A program made the position numbers and the translations under genes. Shown here one piece after another: positions 1 to 16,410 of a stretch of DNA of 64,000 bases. Source of the DNA: the human T2T-CHM13v2.0 reference genome, Homo sapiens; assembly GCF_009914755.1 (NCBI RefSeq), contig NC_060925.1; one strand, written 5' to 3'. A model generated the notes under the pieces. The model was not told the DNA's origin and ran no database searches. It worked only from the letters and a program-made list of their open reading frames with translations. How positions within the stretch are numbered: the stretch's first letter is position 1; each line of letters begins with the position of its first letter.

Positions 1-19
1 CTTACCAGATGTCCCCACA

Positions 20-960
<941 letters not shown>

Positions 961-1733
961 ACTATGTGCTAGATGCTACTGTGGCACTAAAGACACAAAA
1001 ATGAAGAGATAATGTGTTGAGTAGCTACTATGCCAGGCAAATTACATAATTTTATTTTACAGTCATATAACCCTGTAAGGCAGGAAATATTAATCCCATA
1101 GAAGAGTACCCATGCTTGAAGAGGTTATCTAATCTCTAACCCAGAGTCTGGGTTATTCTTGCTTGTAAAAAACCTTGTAAAGTGATTTTAGAAATCCTTC
1201 CCCACTCTTCCTTTTACCTAAGCTCTTAGGGTAACAGCACCTGTATTTTTATTCTTTATTTTGATCAACATATTCAATTCAAAATTAATACTGGTAGAAA
1301 GTACTGTAGGTGGTTAAAAAAGCACTGAAGACTAAAAAACTAAAGATAGGTGATAAAAAACTGAAAACTAAATATCTGTATTTCCAGATATTACAATCTA
1401 GTAGAACAAAGCAAGCTGGCTTTAAATAAGATTTGCTTAAAAATGAGTAAATGTAACTTATGCCATAATTTACCTCCAGGTACAAAAATTCAACCCAAAT
1501 AATTATAATAAACAAAAATGTATTTCACCCTGGGGGGAAAAACTGGCTATATCCTGGTAAGGCTAAAAACATACTCATTAATACAAAACCTACTGTGGAA
1601 TAAAACTTAGGCTTTCAGGGAAAGCACAGTCAATCTGGAAGAGTAAAGAGAGAAAGGAGAACATCTAGCACCGAAATCTCACTGAGGAGCAGATATAGTC
1701 AGGTAAGGGAGGCTGGAGGTAGATTTCTTACAA

Positions 1734-2063
1734 CAGTCATCCTCTCTTATCCTCGAGGAATATGTTCCAAGAACCCCAGTGGATGCCTTGGAGTACTGAA
1801 AACTATAGGTTTTTTCAATCTGATAACCAAGATGGCTACTAAGTGACTAAGAGGCGGGTAGCATATACAGCATGGATATGCTGGACAAAGGCAGGATTCT
1901 CGTCTGGGCCAGGATGGAGATTTCACCATGCTAGTCAGAATGGTGCACAATTTAAAACTTAAGAATTGTTTACGTATGGAACTTCCCATTTAATCTTTTT
2001 GGACCAGGATTGACTATGGGTAAGTGAAAGCAAAACCACGGAGAAGGGTAGACTACTACACTG
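1734..2063. mobile_element. Tigger-family MITE (MER44-like)
   Basis: Degenerate terminal inverted repeats cagtcatcctctcttatcc ... ggagaagggtagactact. Confidence 0.65.
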
Positions 2064-2681
2064 TCATACAGATGACCAGAATTTGCATCTGGCCTCACAG
2101 CTTTACTGATCAATAGAACTGAATAAAGTTCTTCAGAGAACTACCAGAAGTTTGCCAAATCTATTTTTTCTATATCCTGGTTTTAAACAAATTTAATCCA
2201 CCTTCTTGCCCGGACTCAAAAGCCTGAGCAAAAAATAAAACGGCCTTTTACTACCCGAGGTGGGGGATGGGTACCTCTTTTCAAGGGTGTCGTCTATTTT
2301 GGGTCATTAGTTACTCAGTGAATTCAGTATATCATTTTTAGAGACTATCAATCTGAGGGAATACTGTTCTCTCCCGACCTTTTTAGAATGTAGGACAGAA
2401 AGGGTTGAGGTTAATGTAGGCTGTTTGTTTTCATTTATGAGGTTCTTTTCCCAAGTCATTGGATAAGCTTCTCTTTTTTTAAATACACTGCAAATAAAAG
2501 CTTTCACCATCCTGAAAGTTTGGATGGTATTATATAAGCATCGTTGTATATACCAAAGGAAAGGAAACAAGTTGTTTCATAAAGGAGATTTTTGACTTAA
2601 ATAATTCTTGAATACACACCTCCCAAACTGCTACTTTCCTACATTGAGATGGTTTATTCTTGGTGTCTAGAAAGAATTTGA

Positions 2682-3001
<320 letters not shown>

Positions 3002-3153
3002 TTAGGTATTTTCTTATATGACCACTAAAGTGCAAAGCTTGTTTCCATTATTAATGCATCTTGGTTAAATAGTGCTAGCTCTTTCTTGTGTGCTGAGCAC
3101 GTTGGGGACAGAAGGAGGAAGAAGAATTTCTACTTGGAAACATTCATAGTCTA

Positions 3154-3490
<337 letters not shown>

Positions 3491-3494
3491 GTAT

Positions 3495-3626
3495 AGGGCA
3501 AGATGTGTGTAGGTTATATACAAATAATATGCATCTTATACAAGGGACATGAGCATCTATGGATTTGGGTTCTGCAGGGTTCCTGGAACCAATCCCCTGC
3601 AAATAACGAAGGGAGGGACAACTGTA
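3495..3626. mobile_element. MER2-like Tigger fragment
   Basis: cctggaaccaatcccc...gggacaactgta terminus. Confidence 0.6.
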
Positions 3627-5889
3627 TAAATTCTTGGTCAATGCGACAGTTGAAAGTAGCTAGAACCTTAAGGTTTATTTCTTAGATGGTGTATAGTTGA
3701 AAATCATCTCATTAAAATACAACTCACTTTTCTTCCGCAAACCTATACTACATGAATGAACTGCACTAAATGGACATTTATTCAAGCCAATAAATATCGA
3801 GTTCTGATGTGTGCTTGACCCTCGGGACACAACAGTCAAGATAGATTTGGCAGCTGCCTTCATGGAGTTTCCTGTCTGGCAAGGAAGATCTTGACAGGCA
3901 GGAGTCTTTAGGTCTTAAGGGCTTTGGGAAACTGAAATCTAGCCCTGTGAACAAGAATAAACTGGATCTGTATTTTCATGCTGTCTGCTTTTAAAAACTG
4001 GCCATAATTGATGCTTATGGGGCATAGAAATCACAAGATTTTATAACTAGAAGGGACTACAGAACTTATTTGATTCCATTAATAACGTTGCAATTTGGGA
4101 AACTGCGGCTAAGGGATAGAAAAGGATTGATCTAAGATCACACAGCTCATTAGTCATTTCTACACAATACAGTGTGCAATAGAAATAAGTCTGTTTTGAT
4201 GGCCAGTCATAATCACACCTCTTTACAGAGGCCCAAAGGACTAGCAGCACTTTTGTTTTCCAGTTCTGACACTATCAAGATCAAGTGCAGAGGGGTCTCT
4301 GCAGCCAAGGCCCCTCAATCTCGACCCCCTACACTGGGTTGAATTACATTGCTATGGGTTTCCACAGAATCCCCAATATCCCTTGATAACACATGCCATG
4401 CTTGTCATTCTTGATTAACATCTGTGTCCGTGGTGAGGAGAATGAATTGAAGGCAGCAACCGTGGCTGCAGGAGACCAATCAGGGCCTAGTCCAGGTGTC
4501 AATGATGGAGATGGAGAACAGATGAATTGGAGAGTTTGTTGTTGTTTATTTAGAGACAGAGCCTTGGTCTGTCACCCAGGATGGAATGCAGTGAATGATA
4601 ATAGCTCACTGCAGCCTTGAACTCCCGCAGTCATCCGGCGTAGCTGAGATTATAGGTGCGGTTTTGGCCGACTTCTATTTGAAGCAAAAGGTAAATTTCA
4701 CTAACTCCTCTTCAAACATTACAAATGAATTTGTGCTAATTGAGTTATCAGCTGATGTCTCAAAAAATGAGACTCTACTTGATCTGTCACTATGGTTTTG
4801 TTCACAATTTTCATATCCTTTCAGCTATAAGTTTCTCTTAAAGAGAAATGGAAAATAATATAATGTAAACGGGGATAACTGCATAGTACTGACTGCTAGC
4901 TTGTGTTTGATTTTATTACTTAAAAATTGAATGGGAAGGAGGAAAATACTAGAACTTAAGACCACAGTTTCTAGGGGAAGCTAAGAAGAGAAGATGAGGA
5001 TCATTGTTCAGTGAGGAATGTGGTTAGATAATGGTTTTCAGTGAAAGCTAACTTTGAAATTTCCTGACATTTGTATTGAACAATTGCCAAAAACTATCTG
5101 ATATGCATCGCTAAGGTTTACTTTATCATTTAAAATGACAGGAGTCAAATAGGATGTGATGAGAAGTCAAATCACATTGTTAGCTCCATGAAAGCATAGA
5201 TAACTCATTCCAGTATCTCCTAATAACCAGAACCTACAAAGAACCTACAACATGGTGACATGCTTGAATCGAAGCAGCTCAATGTTCTCATCCTTGGTAC
5301 GTTTATTTTAAATTCAGGAGAAAAAAAAAAGTGTCAACCCCTTTCTCTCAAAACAAGGAAAGGGTCTAAAAGTCAGTCTTTGAAATAGGGGTCTCCAGCC
5401 AACCCCCACGATGATACCTGGATTAAGGAATGAGGGATACTGGAAAAACAAAAACCCCAATGTATTATTCTGACGACTGTAAACAGCCATCCTATTAGCG
5501 ATAACTAAAGAAAAAGCTGGGGAAAGTTAAAGGCAAAGTGATATACGGATGGCAGCTCTCAGTCTCAAAAAGGCCCAGTGGAAGAGTCTGAACTGACTCA
5601 GGGCAAACACAAACGCTCCCGCACCGGGTCCGTTGTGGCGTAAGCGGGTGACTGGAGCATCTTCCTCAGATACAGTTACGAGTTCCCAGTGGGTCAAGTT
5701 GCCCCCGAGCGGCGTCTCACAGCCCAGGGCTCTGACTCCCCCGCTGCGCCCCACATCCTTCCCTCGCCCCGGGGCACGCCAGACCCCTCCCTTCCCTCGC
5801 TCCCGCATTTCCGTCTCCTAGTGGCCAGGGCTGCCCATGACCCTGTCTTTCCCACTCCCCAAACCTTCGGTCTCCATCCTCGCCTTTAC

Positions 5890-6020
5890 CGCTGCTCCAG
5901 TCAGCCGTCGAGTGCGCCGCCTCGCGCCTCACCCCAGCTGCAGCCACCAGCGCCGCCGCCTCCCACTCACACCACCACAGTGAGCCCCGCCGGCGGCGCT
6001 TCAGCCGCCACTTCCCCGCC
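5890..6020 (-). other. TDRKH: TDRKH non-coding first exon (5' end approximate); bases 1-5889 are intron 1
   Basis: CpG island with GC and CCAAT boxes; minus-strand donor GCG|gtaaag at 5890 (alternatives at 5933 and 5971). Gene identity rests on known gene order next to LINGO4; no TDRKH coding sequence is in the window. Confidence 0.65.
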
Positions 6021-6299
6021 CCCGCAGCCCGACAGCACCAATCAACACCCTGCTCGCAGTCCGACCAATCGCCTTCTCCCGTCACAACCAATCCTTCCGC
6101 GGGCTGCCCCTGAGCGACGTGGCTGCTGCTAGCCGCTGCCCAATTACCCGGATGGAATCCAAAGCAGGCCCACCCTGTCAGCCAATAAGATCCAGGAAAA
6201 GCAGATGTTGTTAACTGAGACCGCACCTGCTGAGAATTAAACAGCCAATTACAAACTTCCCGGCGTCCTCGCAGACCACCTCTAGGCCAATTACCGAGG

Positions 6300-6730
6300 A
6301 GTTTTCTATCTTCTAACCCTTGGAGGAAAATCTGCGCTCCAGCAGCTGGGACCGAGGCATGAGAGCGTTGAATCATGAGTGGCACCGTTCGCAAAAATTG
6401 GTGTCTTTGTACAAAGACAGTGCCACAACACAACTCAGTGACCATCGGGAGAGCAGCCTCATGATGGGCGATGCTCCATCAGTTTTCTCTTGCGATCTTT
6501 TGCATAGATCGGTCCCGCCCCGCATATGGCGATGAGGACTCAAGAGACACGGAAAACGTTTTCTTTCTGGAAAACATGAAATAGGCTTTGTAGATGGACA
6601 GGAAGTCAAGGGACAAGCGGTGCGCCGCAGAGAGCGAGGACCCACTCTTCTATTCCTTTGCGGAGGCACGGACACACGGTGTGGCCCGAAACAGCGGCAG
6701 GAGAGTGAGACCCGGGCTCCGACCGCGGTG
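6300..6730 (+). ncRNA. TDRKH-AS1: Probable first exon of the divergent lncRNA TDRKH-AS1 (boundaries approximate)
   Basis: Plus-strand donor GTG|gtaagg at 6731 in the second CpG lobe; name recalled from annotation, not provable from sequence. Confidence 0.4.
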
Positions 6731-8097
6731 GTAAGGGGGCGGCGGGCCATAGGGGCGCCAGGGGCCCACCCTTCCCTGGGGATTCGAGGAAACGGGTCGA
6801 GGCGACAGCGTGAAGGCCTACGCTGGGGGAGGGGGTGGTGGCGGGGGGCGTTTCTGTGGGGGCGAGGAAGGGAGCGGGTCTCCGCAGGCGGAAGTTTGCT
6901 TTGGAAGATTTTATTCCAGACGCTGTCCTGGTCCCTGGACGGTTAGGAACGGTTGGGTCCTGCTACTGCCTCCGTGGGGCAGGGAGCCTCGCGAGACCAG
7001 CACTGCGCCCTACTCGGTCCACCCTGTCCCCGCTCCGCGCTAGGGGCTCACCCTGGGGACAGGGGTCGGGCGATCCTGGTCATTGGGGGATCTTCCGCAC
7101 TAGCTTCCATCACAATACCTGGCAGGTGATGAGCAATAAATATTTGCTGAAAGAACGCAAGGTTGTATCTTTTGTCAATTAGGCAGATGCCTTTGGGCCT
7201 CAGGTTTTGCTTTCTATTAATATAAAAATGTGTATGCGTTTTGAATAAGTAATACATTTACATTCTACAAAATTCAGAAGAAACAAGGTTATTATAGTGA
7301 ATAAATTTTCCTTCCTTCAAGGCAACTAGGGTTACCAGTTTCTTGTGAAAAATTTCACAAGATATTCTATAGTTAACGTGTGTATATGTGTAATATATAA
7401 AGTGTATATATATATACACACACATATATTTTTTTAACCCAGTTGATAACATACATACTATTTTGCAACTTTCTTTGATACAGTCTGGAAATGTTTCCGT
7501 AGCAGCATATACGTATCTGCCTCATAGTGATAGTTTCATAGTATGCCTGAGGGATATATGAAGATATATTTAACCAGTCCTTTAACATTTGATTGATATG
7601 CAAGGATACTTCATTTCCCTCTTGCATATGTGTATGATAAATACTTAGAAATGCAAGTGCCAAGTTAAAGAAATGTGTGCATTGTTTTTTCATTTGGATA
7701 GATAAAATTTTGTAAATTCCCTTCCTCCCACAAAGATTTTTATAATTTTAATCCCACCAGCAATTTTTGAAAATGATTTTAGTTAGTATTACCAAATTGC
7801 CTTCCCTGGAAATTTTACCAATTTTGTCTCCTGTCAGCAATGTATGAAAAGAACCTGTTTGATAGCACACTGGTGCTGTTAAACTTCCTGATTTTTGACA
7901 ATCTGATAGTGTAAATGCTATCTCATTGCAAGATAAAATTTCATTGCTCTTATAAGTAAAGTTGAGCATCTTTTAATATATTTAAATGGCAATTTTTTTG
8001 TAAATTCTCTGTTTTTATATTCTGTTCATATTTTTATTGGTTATAGGGTCATTTCTTAATACTTGCTGTTTGTATATAAGTTAAAAGTATTTTCCCC

Positions 8098-8396
8098 GGC
8101 CAGGTGTGGTGGGTCACGCCTGTAATCCCAGCACTTTGGGAGGCTGAGGCAGGCTAATCACCTGAGGTCAGGAGTTCAAGACCAGCCTGGCCAACATGCT
8201 GAAACCCCGTCTTTATTAAAAATACAAAAATTAGCCGGTTATGGTGGCAAGCGCTTGTAATCCCAGCTACTTGGGAGACTGAGGCAGGAGAATCACTTGA
8301 ACTGGGGAAGCGGTGGTTGCAGTGAGCCGAGATTGCCACTGCACTCCAGCCTGGGCAACAGAGCGAGACCCCATCTCCAAAAAAAAAAAAAAAAAA
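8098..8396 (+). mobile_element. Alu (S-like)
   Basis: Dimer, A-tail, TSD-like aaaagtat. Confidence 0.93.
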
Positions 8397-8494
8397 GTAT
8401 GTCCCTTTTCCCAGTTTGTTCTATGTATATTGTTTATACATATAACAAGTATTTTCCCTTTTCCAAGTTTGTTCTATGTATATTGCATATTTTG

Positions 8495-8585
8495 AGGCTG
8501 GTCTCCAACTCCTGACCTCAGGTGATCAGCCTGCCTCAGCCTCCCAAAGTGCTAGGATTACAGGCCTGAGCCATTGCCCTCAGCC
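8495..8585 (-). mobile_element. Alu left-monomer fragment
   Basis: aggctggtctccaactcctgacctcagg...gagccattgccctcagcc. Confidence 0.85.
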
Positions 8586-8669
8586 TGTTTATGGTTATTC
8601 TTTGCAAATGTTAAAAATTTTTATGTAATTGAATTTATCAATATTTTCTTTGATAATTTCTGGGTTTCT

Positions 8670-9084
<415 letters not shown>

Positions 9085-9272
9085 TGATTCATCTGGAATT
9101 TATTTTGGTGTAAAGGTGTGAGATAGAGATCCAATTTTGTTTTGTTTTATTCAAATCCTTCTTATTGAATAACCCATGTTTTCTCCATTGTTTTTGAATG
9201 CTACCTTTATAATACCAAATTGCCATATGTATTTGGGTCTATTTCTGGATTTTTTTCATTTTGTTCCATTGA

Positions 9273-9579
<307 letters not shown>

Positions 9580-10400
9580 TAAAAATTTTTTAAATTGTGT
9601 ACATTATGGTTTTTTTTTTTACCACAATTTAAAAAATTAATTTATAATATACATGCAGAAAAATGCACAAATGACAAGTATATATCTTGATGAATTTTCA
9701 CAAATGGAATACATTTGTGTAACCAGCAGCAGATCAAGAAACAGAACATTGCTAGTGCCCCAGAAGCCACTTGTGTGTTCCCTCTCAGTCACTGCTCTTC
9801 TCAAGGACAACCACTCTTCTGACTCCTGATACCATAAACTAATTTTGCCTGTTCTTGCTTTATATATAAAGAGAATCACAGAGTATGTACTCTTTTGTGT
9901 CTGGCTTCCTTTGTTCAAATTATTTCTGTGAGATTCAGCCATATTGTGTATAGTTTTAGTCCCTTCATTCTGACTACTGTGTGGTATAATATTGTGAGGC
10001 TATATTGAACCATAATTTACTCTTCTATTCTGTTACTGTTATTTTGGCTGGAATCACATATTTTTAGATTATCTAAAGGAGAATGTATGATAAGAATCTT
10101 CCTATCTTCCTATACATTCAAGTCATTGGTACCCCATCAGTAGAATTTTAGTTTTCATTATGTAGAATTTACATACTTCTTATTAAAATTATTCCTAGGT
10201 ATTGAGTGCCTTGATTGCTATAGCTATTTTTACTTTAAAAAAAGTAAAATGGTAGTTCAAATCCAAGGAAGAATGTGTCCAGTGTTGCTATAAAAATACA
10301 GACCTACTTTATGGGTCCATCTTCTTCTAGCTCCAGTGAAGGTGGGATGGGCAAAAAAGAGGAAATGAAGTCCAAAAAGGGGGTTACACTTTATAGTTAA

Positions 10401-11076
<676 letters not shown>

Positions 11077-13059
11077 TGAGATTTATTTGATCTTATTTTA
11101 AAATCAGATTGAATTCTAACTTGCTGGGTAGGGAGGTTGGGGAGCAGAAGAAATAACTTCGAGTGAGCTGATGCCAAACTCACCCTCAAGTCACTGTACA
11201 TTTGGGATTTGTCATCTCATTTCTCCTCTCAGATCCCAAATCAGGATTGAAAGATTGAATTGTGAGATGCTGGGATTGAGTGAATTGTAATTTCTTTATT
11301 CTCATCTCCAGTCCTAAGAGTCTATTCTCTTTCCCTGAAGGGTGTTCTGAACAGGCTGTGGGAGGCATTAGGTGGAGTGAGTTAAGATAAGTTCTGGGTT
11401 TCCCAGAGGGTTCAGTGAGCAGGTGTTCCCTTTAGTAAACTGAAGCAGGAAAGAAGATCTTAGCTAGGGATCTGGGCAGTGAGGGGCTCTGAAATACAAG
11501 GAGCCTGGCTCCGGAGCCTTGGCTGCCCACAGAGTTCCTTCCCTGTACAACATACGAATGATTCATTCAAGTGCTGTTCAGCTGTCTGAGTCTGAAAAAC
11601 AGCACTCATCTCTCCTGTTGCCCATCGTAGGAGTCACCCCCTCCTCCCCACTTAAGCCTCTTCACCAGAAACCAGCGACTGGGAGCAGAGCCTTAGTGTC
11701 CTCACTTATGCTGGTGCTACTATTCAATCTTTAGGCCAGATTTAATTGTGGCAGATGCCCTAGGAAAGAATTCTCCTCAGCCTCTCTGACCACCACCACC
11801 CAGCTCTATCTTCCTACTTAATTCCCCTTACGAAGCAATTTGGAGGAACAGGACCCAGGAGTCCCTGTTTTCAGATACTCTCCAGCCTGAGTCACCACCG
11901 TACTGACTTCTTACAGCAAGAGTTCCACCCAAAGTCTCTTGCCTCTCCCTCAGATGGGTGCTGGTGGGAGAAGGGGACAGGGGAGGAGAGAATGATGGAG
12001 CATTTTTGTGTGTTTTCTTGCTGGGCCCATTGTAATACCTGCTCTTACCTGTGCTAACATCCACTTTGAACGGTAGTCCTTCTCAGCCTTTTCTCTTTGC
12101 CTCTAATGGACCCTGGGGAGCAAAGGTGGCCTGAGGCCTCAGTTTCTGCTGCAACCTGTGGCTTCTTATAGCAGAATTTTTAACCTATATTCTATGGAGT
12201 CTGTGATGGCTTCAGAATAACTGGATAATTTACAAACATTTTTGTTCACAGCTTGCATCAGGGATTCTCAGAGGGATCTGTGACTCAAAAAAAGTTGAGG
12301 ATCATTGCTTAGCCGGGCTCTCATCTCCTGAATCAGGGATCCAGCACAGCACAGGAAATAGAAGTCAGAAATAGAGAAAGATTGTATGGGGGAAGGAAAT
12401 GTGAAGTGCTGAGATGGTGCCACAGCATCTTTGGGTCCAGAGTTCTCTCTCAGCTTAGGTAAGACCATGTCTGAGATGGAAGAGAGAGGGGTAGAAGGAG
12501 AGCAGGATGGAATGTCCTCAGAAAGGTTCTGTCAAGCAGGGGTAGGCAGAAGGTAGGCAGAGTCAAATTCTTCTCCAATCTGAAGTAGCTCACAGATTGT
12601 TCCACCAATCTGTGCAACCTCTCTCTAACCTAGGAGGTTGTTGAGGTTAGAACCCAGAAAAGAACTAGGAAATGTGAAGCCTCCATTTCAGAGAATCCTT
12701 TGCTGGAAGCCAGGCATTTCACTGAAGTCCATTTACTCCCTGGAATTTCTGCTCCTTTCTATCAGTCCCTGAGGCAGAGGCTGTAAGGACATTGGGAGAG
12801 GGGACTGAGAAGAAAGAGTAAAAACAAAGAAAAACCCCAACATCCTGAATCAGGTGCATTAGAGTTAATGAAGAATGTAAGGACCAATAACTTAGCCCAG
12901 TCCCCACTGAAAGTTCAGAGTGGATGCATTGGAAGATTTCTCCTTTCTTACAGGTCGTGTCCTGCAACTGAAAGGCCCTGGGAGAGAGAGCCGTGAGGGC
13001 ATGGCAGTGAGGATGGCAGTGTGGTGGAAAGGGGGAGTTTTCAATCAGACAGCCATGAG

Positions 13060-13230
13060 CTCAAATAGCTAGTTACTATTTACTAACTAGCTCTGTGCAC
13101 TTGAGCACTTACTCTCTTTGACCTTTAGTTTCACCAGCTAAGATGCCTCCCTACTTTATAGGGTTGATGTAAGGATTAAATAAGAAAATATATATAAAGC
13201 CACTGACATAGAATAGGCCCTCAATAAATG
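13060..13230. mobile_element. MIR
   Basis: MIR core (tactaactagctctgtg...gttgatgtaaggattaaat). Confidence 0.65.
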
Positions 13231-13694
13231 TTATTTTCTTCTCTTTGAACTGCTGTCCCACCCTGGGCAGAGCCTCCATTAGATTGTCCCCATGATGTGG
13301 TACCATACATCCCTGCACATGGGCCACAAAACTTCTGCATACACACCACCCACTCATGTCCTTGGCTGCATTTGCACACTCATCAGCACACACACAGCAG
13401 CCTGTGCCATCACAGCTGAGCTGAGGGCAGTCTTCCCGACAGGTAAGATGAGGGACTGGCATGCTAACGCTTGGACAAGCTGTGGAAGTGCTCATCATAG
13501 TAAGCTTGTTTCCTGAATGGGCTTCACCCCTCAAAAGTGTTCTGGTAAAGCTGTGAAAGGAGACTAAGGGGCTGTGGTGGGACTAACTCCATAGGCATTT
13601 CCTTGAGATTAAATGTGTTTCTTGAGGGATACTTTGTCCACCCACCACTGCCAAGGAGACCTTAGTCTATACGCCAGGTTGCAATGTCTGAAGC

Positions 13695-14190
13695 TTTGCT
13701 GTCCAATATGGTAGCCATTGGCCACATGTGGCTATTGAATGCTTGTAAAGGTAGGTGGTACAGCTGAGGAATGGAATTTTAAATTTGTTTAATTTAAAAT
13801 TTAAGACAGAGATTCGATTCAGTTATTGGAAAATGTTTTATGTTTGAAAAAACTTAGATGTGTGAATCCACTTTCTCAACAGTGACCTGTATGAAATATA
13901 GATTTTTCTGGTGAAAATTTAGTAACTGAATTGCGATGTTGAGATGTACTGTAAGTGTAAAATATACACTGGATTTTAAAGACCTAATATGAAAAAATGT
14001 TAAATATTTTATGATTGATTTTTATATTGATAATATATTGAAATGATAATAGTTTGGGTATATTGGGTTAAATAAAGTAAGTATTTAAATGTATCCGTTT
14101 CATTTTGATTTTTTAATTTAGTAGCTACTAGAAAATTTGAAATTACATGTGTGACTTAGATTCTGTGTCTGTTGGGTAGCTCTGCTCTGG
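13695..14190. mobile_element. hAT-Charlie DNA transposon (MER3/MER33-like)
   Basis: gctgtccaatatggtagccattggccacatgtggctattga start and matching degenerate end. Confidence 0.65.
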
Positions 14191-15792
14191 AGACTTTGAG
14201 ACTTCAGAGACCTTGGGCAGCAGCATGTCCCAGCACCAGACAGTCATCTGTTCCCCAGAGCGTCAGGGGCTTCCCAGAGAAGATTTCTCTGAACAGCATT
14301 GCTGCTTCCGCATTGCAGAGAGGGCAACTAGAGTGAGAACCTTCAGCGTCTGACTCCCAAGTCCCAACCTAATAAGCTGCTGGTGGAAGGTTATGGAAAG
14401 GAGCGGGAGGGCTGTGCCCCAGGAAATCTGTCTGGTACATTATACACTAAAGAAGGGGAAGTTGCTGGGATGCTGATTGAGTTGTGTGTGCATGGTGGGT
14501 GGGGAGGTTGCAGGCTCAGGGAAACTCGTTTCTCAAGCAGGTCAGTTTCTCCAGCCCCACTCTCCTGTCTGCCTGGTTCTCACATTCACCTCTGGTACTA
14601 CCCCCATATTCCTATCTCTGCCCCACTAAAGAGCGGCCTGCCTGTGAAGTCCAGCTTCACCTCCTCAGTGGCTCTGAGCGTCTCATCTGTCGGGCAGTTT
14701 GAGCTGGGAATCTTCTAATGAGTGGAGTCTCCTCAGAGCAAGGACAACAGCAGCAGGAATCAACTAGAAAGCTCACAATGCTTGCATCTGGTTTGGTGTA
14801 GGGGTGGGTGGGAGGAAACTAAGGACGCTGGGTAGATGCTGCTGCGCAGAAAGGCTCCCTAGGGCCACGTGATTCTTCCCTTCTCAGTCCCTCCTCCGAC
14901 TCCTCTCCTCTCCCTGTCACTCCTCCCTTCCAGTGATGCTGAGGCTGTTGCTCTGTTCCTTGAGCTTCCAGCATCTCTACTTCTTTTTGGGCTCTGCTTT
15001 GCCCTCTATTTGAAGCACAGTCAGTGGTACTCAGCAGTTTCACCTCCTACTCCACCTCCCCATCTGGGGGTCTCTGTAAATCAGTGACCTCTACCCGGAG
15101 ACAGCTTCCCACTGGGGCTGCACTAAGCACAGAACCAGAGGAAGCTGCAGAAGGATGGTGGAAATTAACTAGGCAGGCAGTTACTGCTGTTCCCCCTTCC
15201 CTCCACTTCTCACTACAGCCTGCTGTGCCCTCCTCCCTGTTCCTCCAAGCCTAGTCTCTGCAGTGTCCTGGGTCTCTCTCCTTTGACAACTGCGGATTCT
15301 TGTGTTTGTTAGTCATTATCTTGGAGTTCTGAGTTTTCCCCAAGGGCACTAGGGATCTGTGACGCAAAAATGATGAGGAGCTCCCATGGAGAAATGGGAA
15401 AGAGAGGCAGCAACTGGGTGTCCCAGGTGGAATTTCTATGTAGGGGTCCCCTGGAAGGTAGAGGATCGCTCCTTCTCCAGTTCCAGGGATGGGGAGTGAA
15501 AGGGAAAGGATTGAGGCTGAAACCGGGGCTAGGAGTGCTGATCCCTCCGGGCATGGAGGTGGGGGTGCAGGGCGGTGAGGAAAGTGAAGGTGGGAGGGGC
15601 ACTCCTTACCCTGTTTGTCAGGCAGGTTAGATGGAGGCAATGCCATTGGGACACATAATCAATGGGCAAGCAGAAAGAGAAGGAGCTGGGGAGATATAAC
15701 AGAAATGAGGGTAGGAAATAGACTGAAGTAAAGAAAACTCCAGAGATGACATTTAGTTTTGGCTGCTACTGTTGTGGCCCTTTGACAGCAGG

Positions 15793-15798
15793 TTTAAT
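15793..15798 (-). terminator. LINGO4: LINGO4 poly(A) signal ATTAAA
   Basis: tttaat on plus strand, ~615 nt past the stop codon. Confidence 0.6.
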
Positions 15799-16410
15799 GA
15801 TCTGGTAGATAGAGGAAGGTGGTAGAGGCTCATGCAAACACAGTGCAGTATATGGTCTGTCCTCTCCATCCCACACTCTGTCCCCATCCTCTTCTCTGTA
15901 GCCTGTGGGTCCTTTGCTCTTATTCCTGTACATAGGGGCAGGGTTGGGGTGGGGAGCAGAAAAGAAAGGGACTCTGCCTGGTTGACAAACAGACTCTAAG
16001 GAGCAAGTGGCACTTCCCAGCCCCACCTCTGAAATAATCTTATAGCCGTGGTTGGCAATTGGTTATTAAAGGATATAAGCATGTGTGAAGAAAGCCTAGT
16101 GGTTAGACTAGCTGACTAGCGCTTTGATTATGTTTCCTGTTTTGTGTGTGGAGGGGGTGAAGCGGGGGCTGGACTAACAACGGGGTCTGCATCTGCAGCT
16201 CCCTGGGACCCTCAGAGAAGAAATGACAATGCTATCCTCAGACCGGAAAAGCTCAGGAAGCAGACTCTCCGGCAGGAGGCACAACGCAGGCGGGAGGTGC
16301 AGGAGAGCGGTGCTGCTCGGGACTAGGTTCTGGTTCAAGCAGCCTTGGTTCTGTCTTCCCCTTTGGTATCTGAAGCGGACTTGGTGGGTTCCCCACTGGG
16401 GAAGGAAAGG

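Larger units (their letters stand above)
5600..7100. promoter_or_regulatory. CpG island / bidirectional promoter (TDRKH and divergent antisense RNA)
   Basis: High CpG density in two lobes; seven CCAAT boxes 6038-6291; GC box ccccgcccc near 6014; MYB-type TAACTG 6212-6217. Confidence 0.85.

Noticed and set aside
1-10. Minus-strand donor G|gtaag at the window edge
   Set aside because: Borders L2-like sequence; no supportable acceptor or ORF, and the context is cut off.
5527-7182. Long ORFs over the TDRKH CpG island (e.g. 242 aa at 5717-6445)
   Set aside because: No recognisable domains; expected from stop-poor GC-rich DNA.
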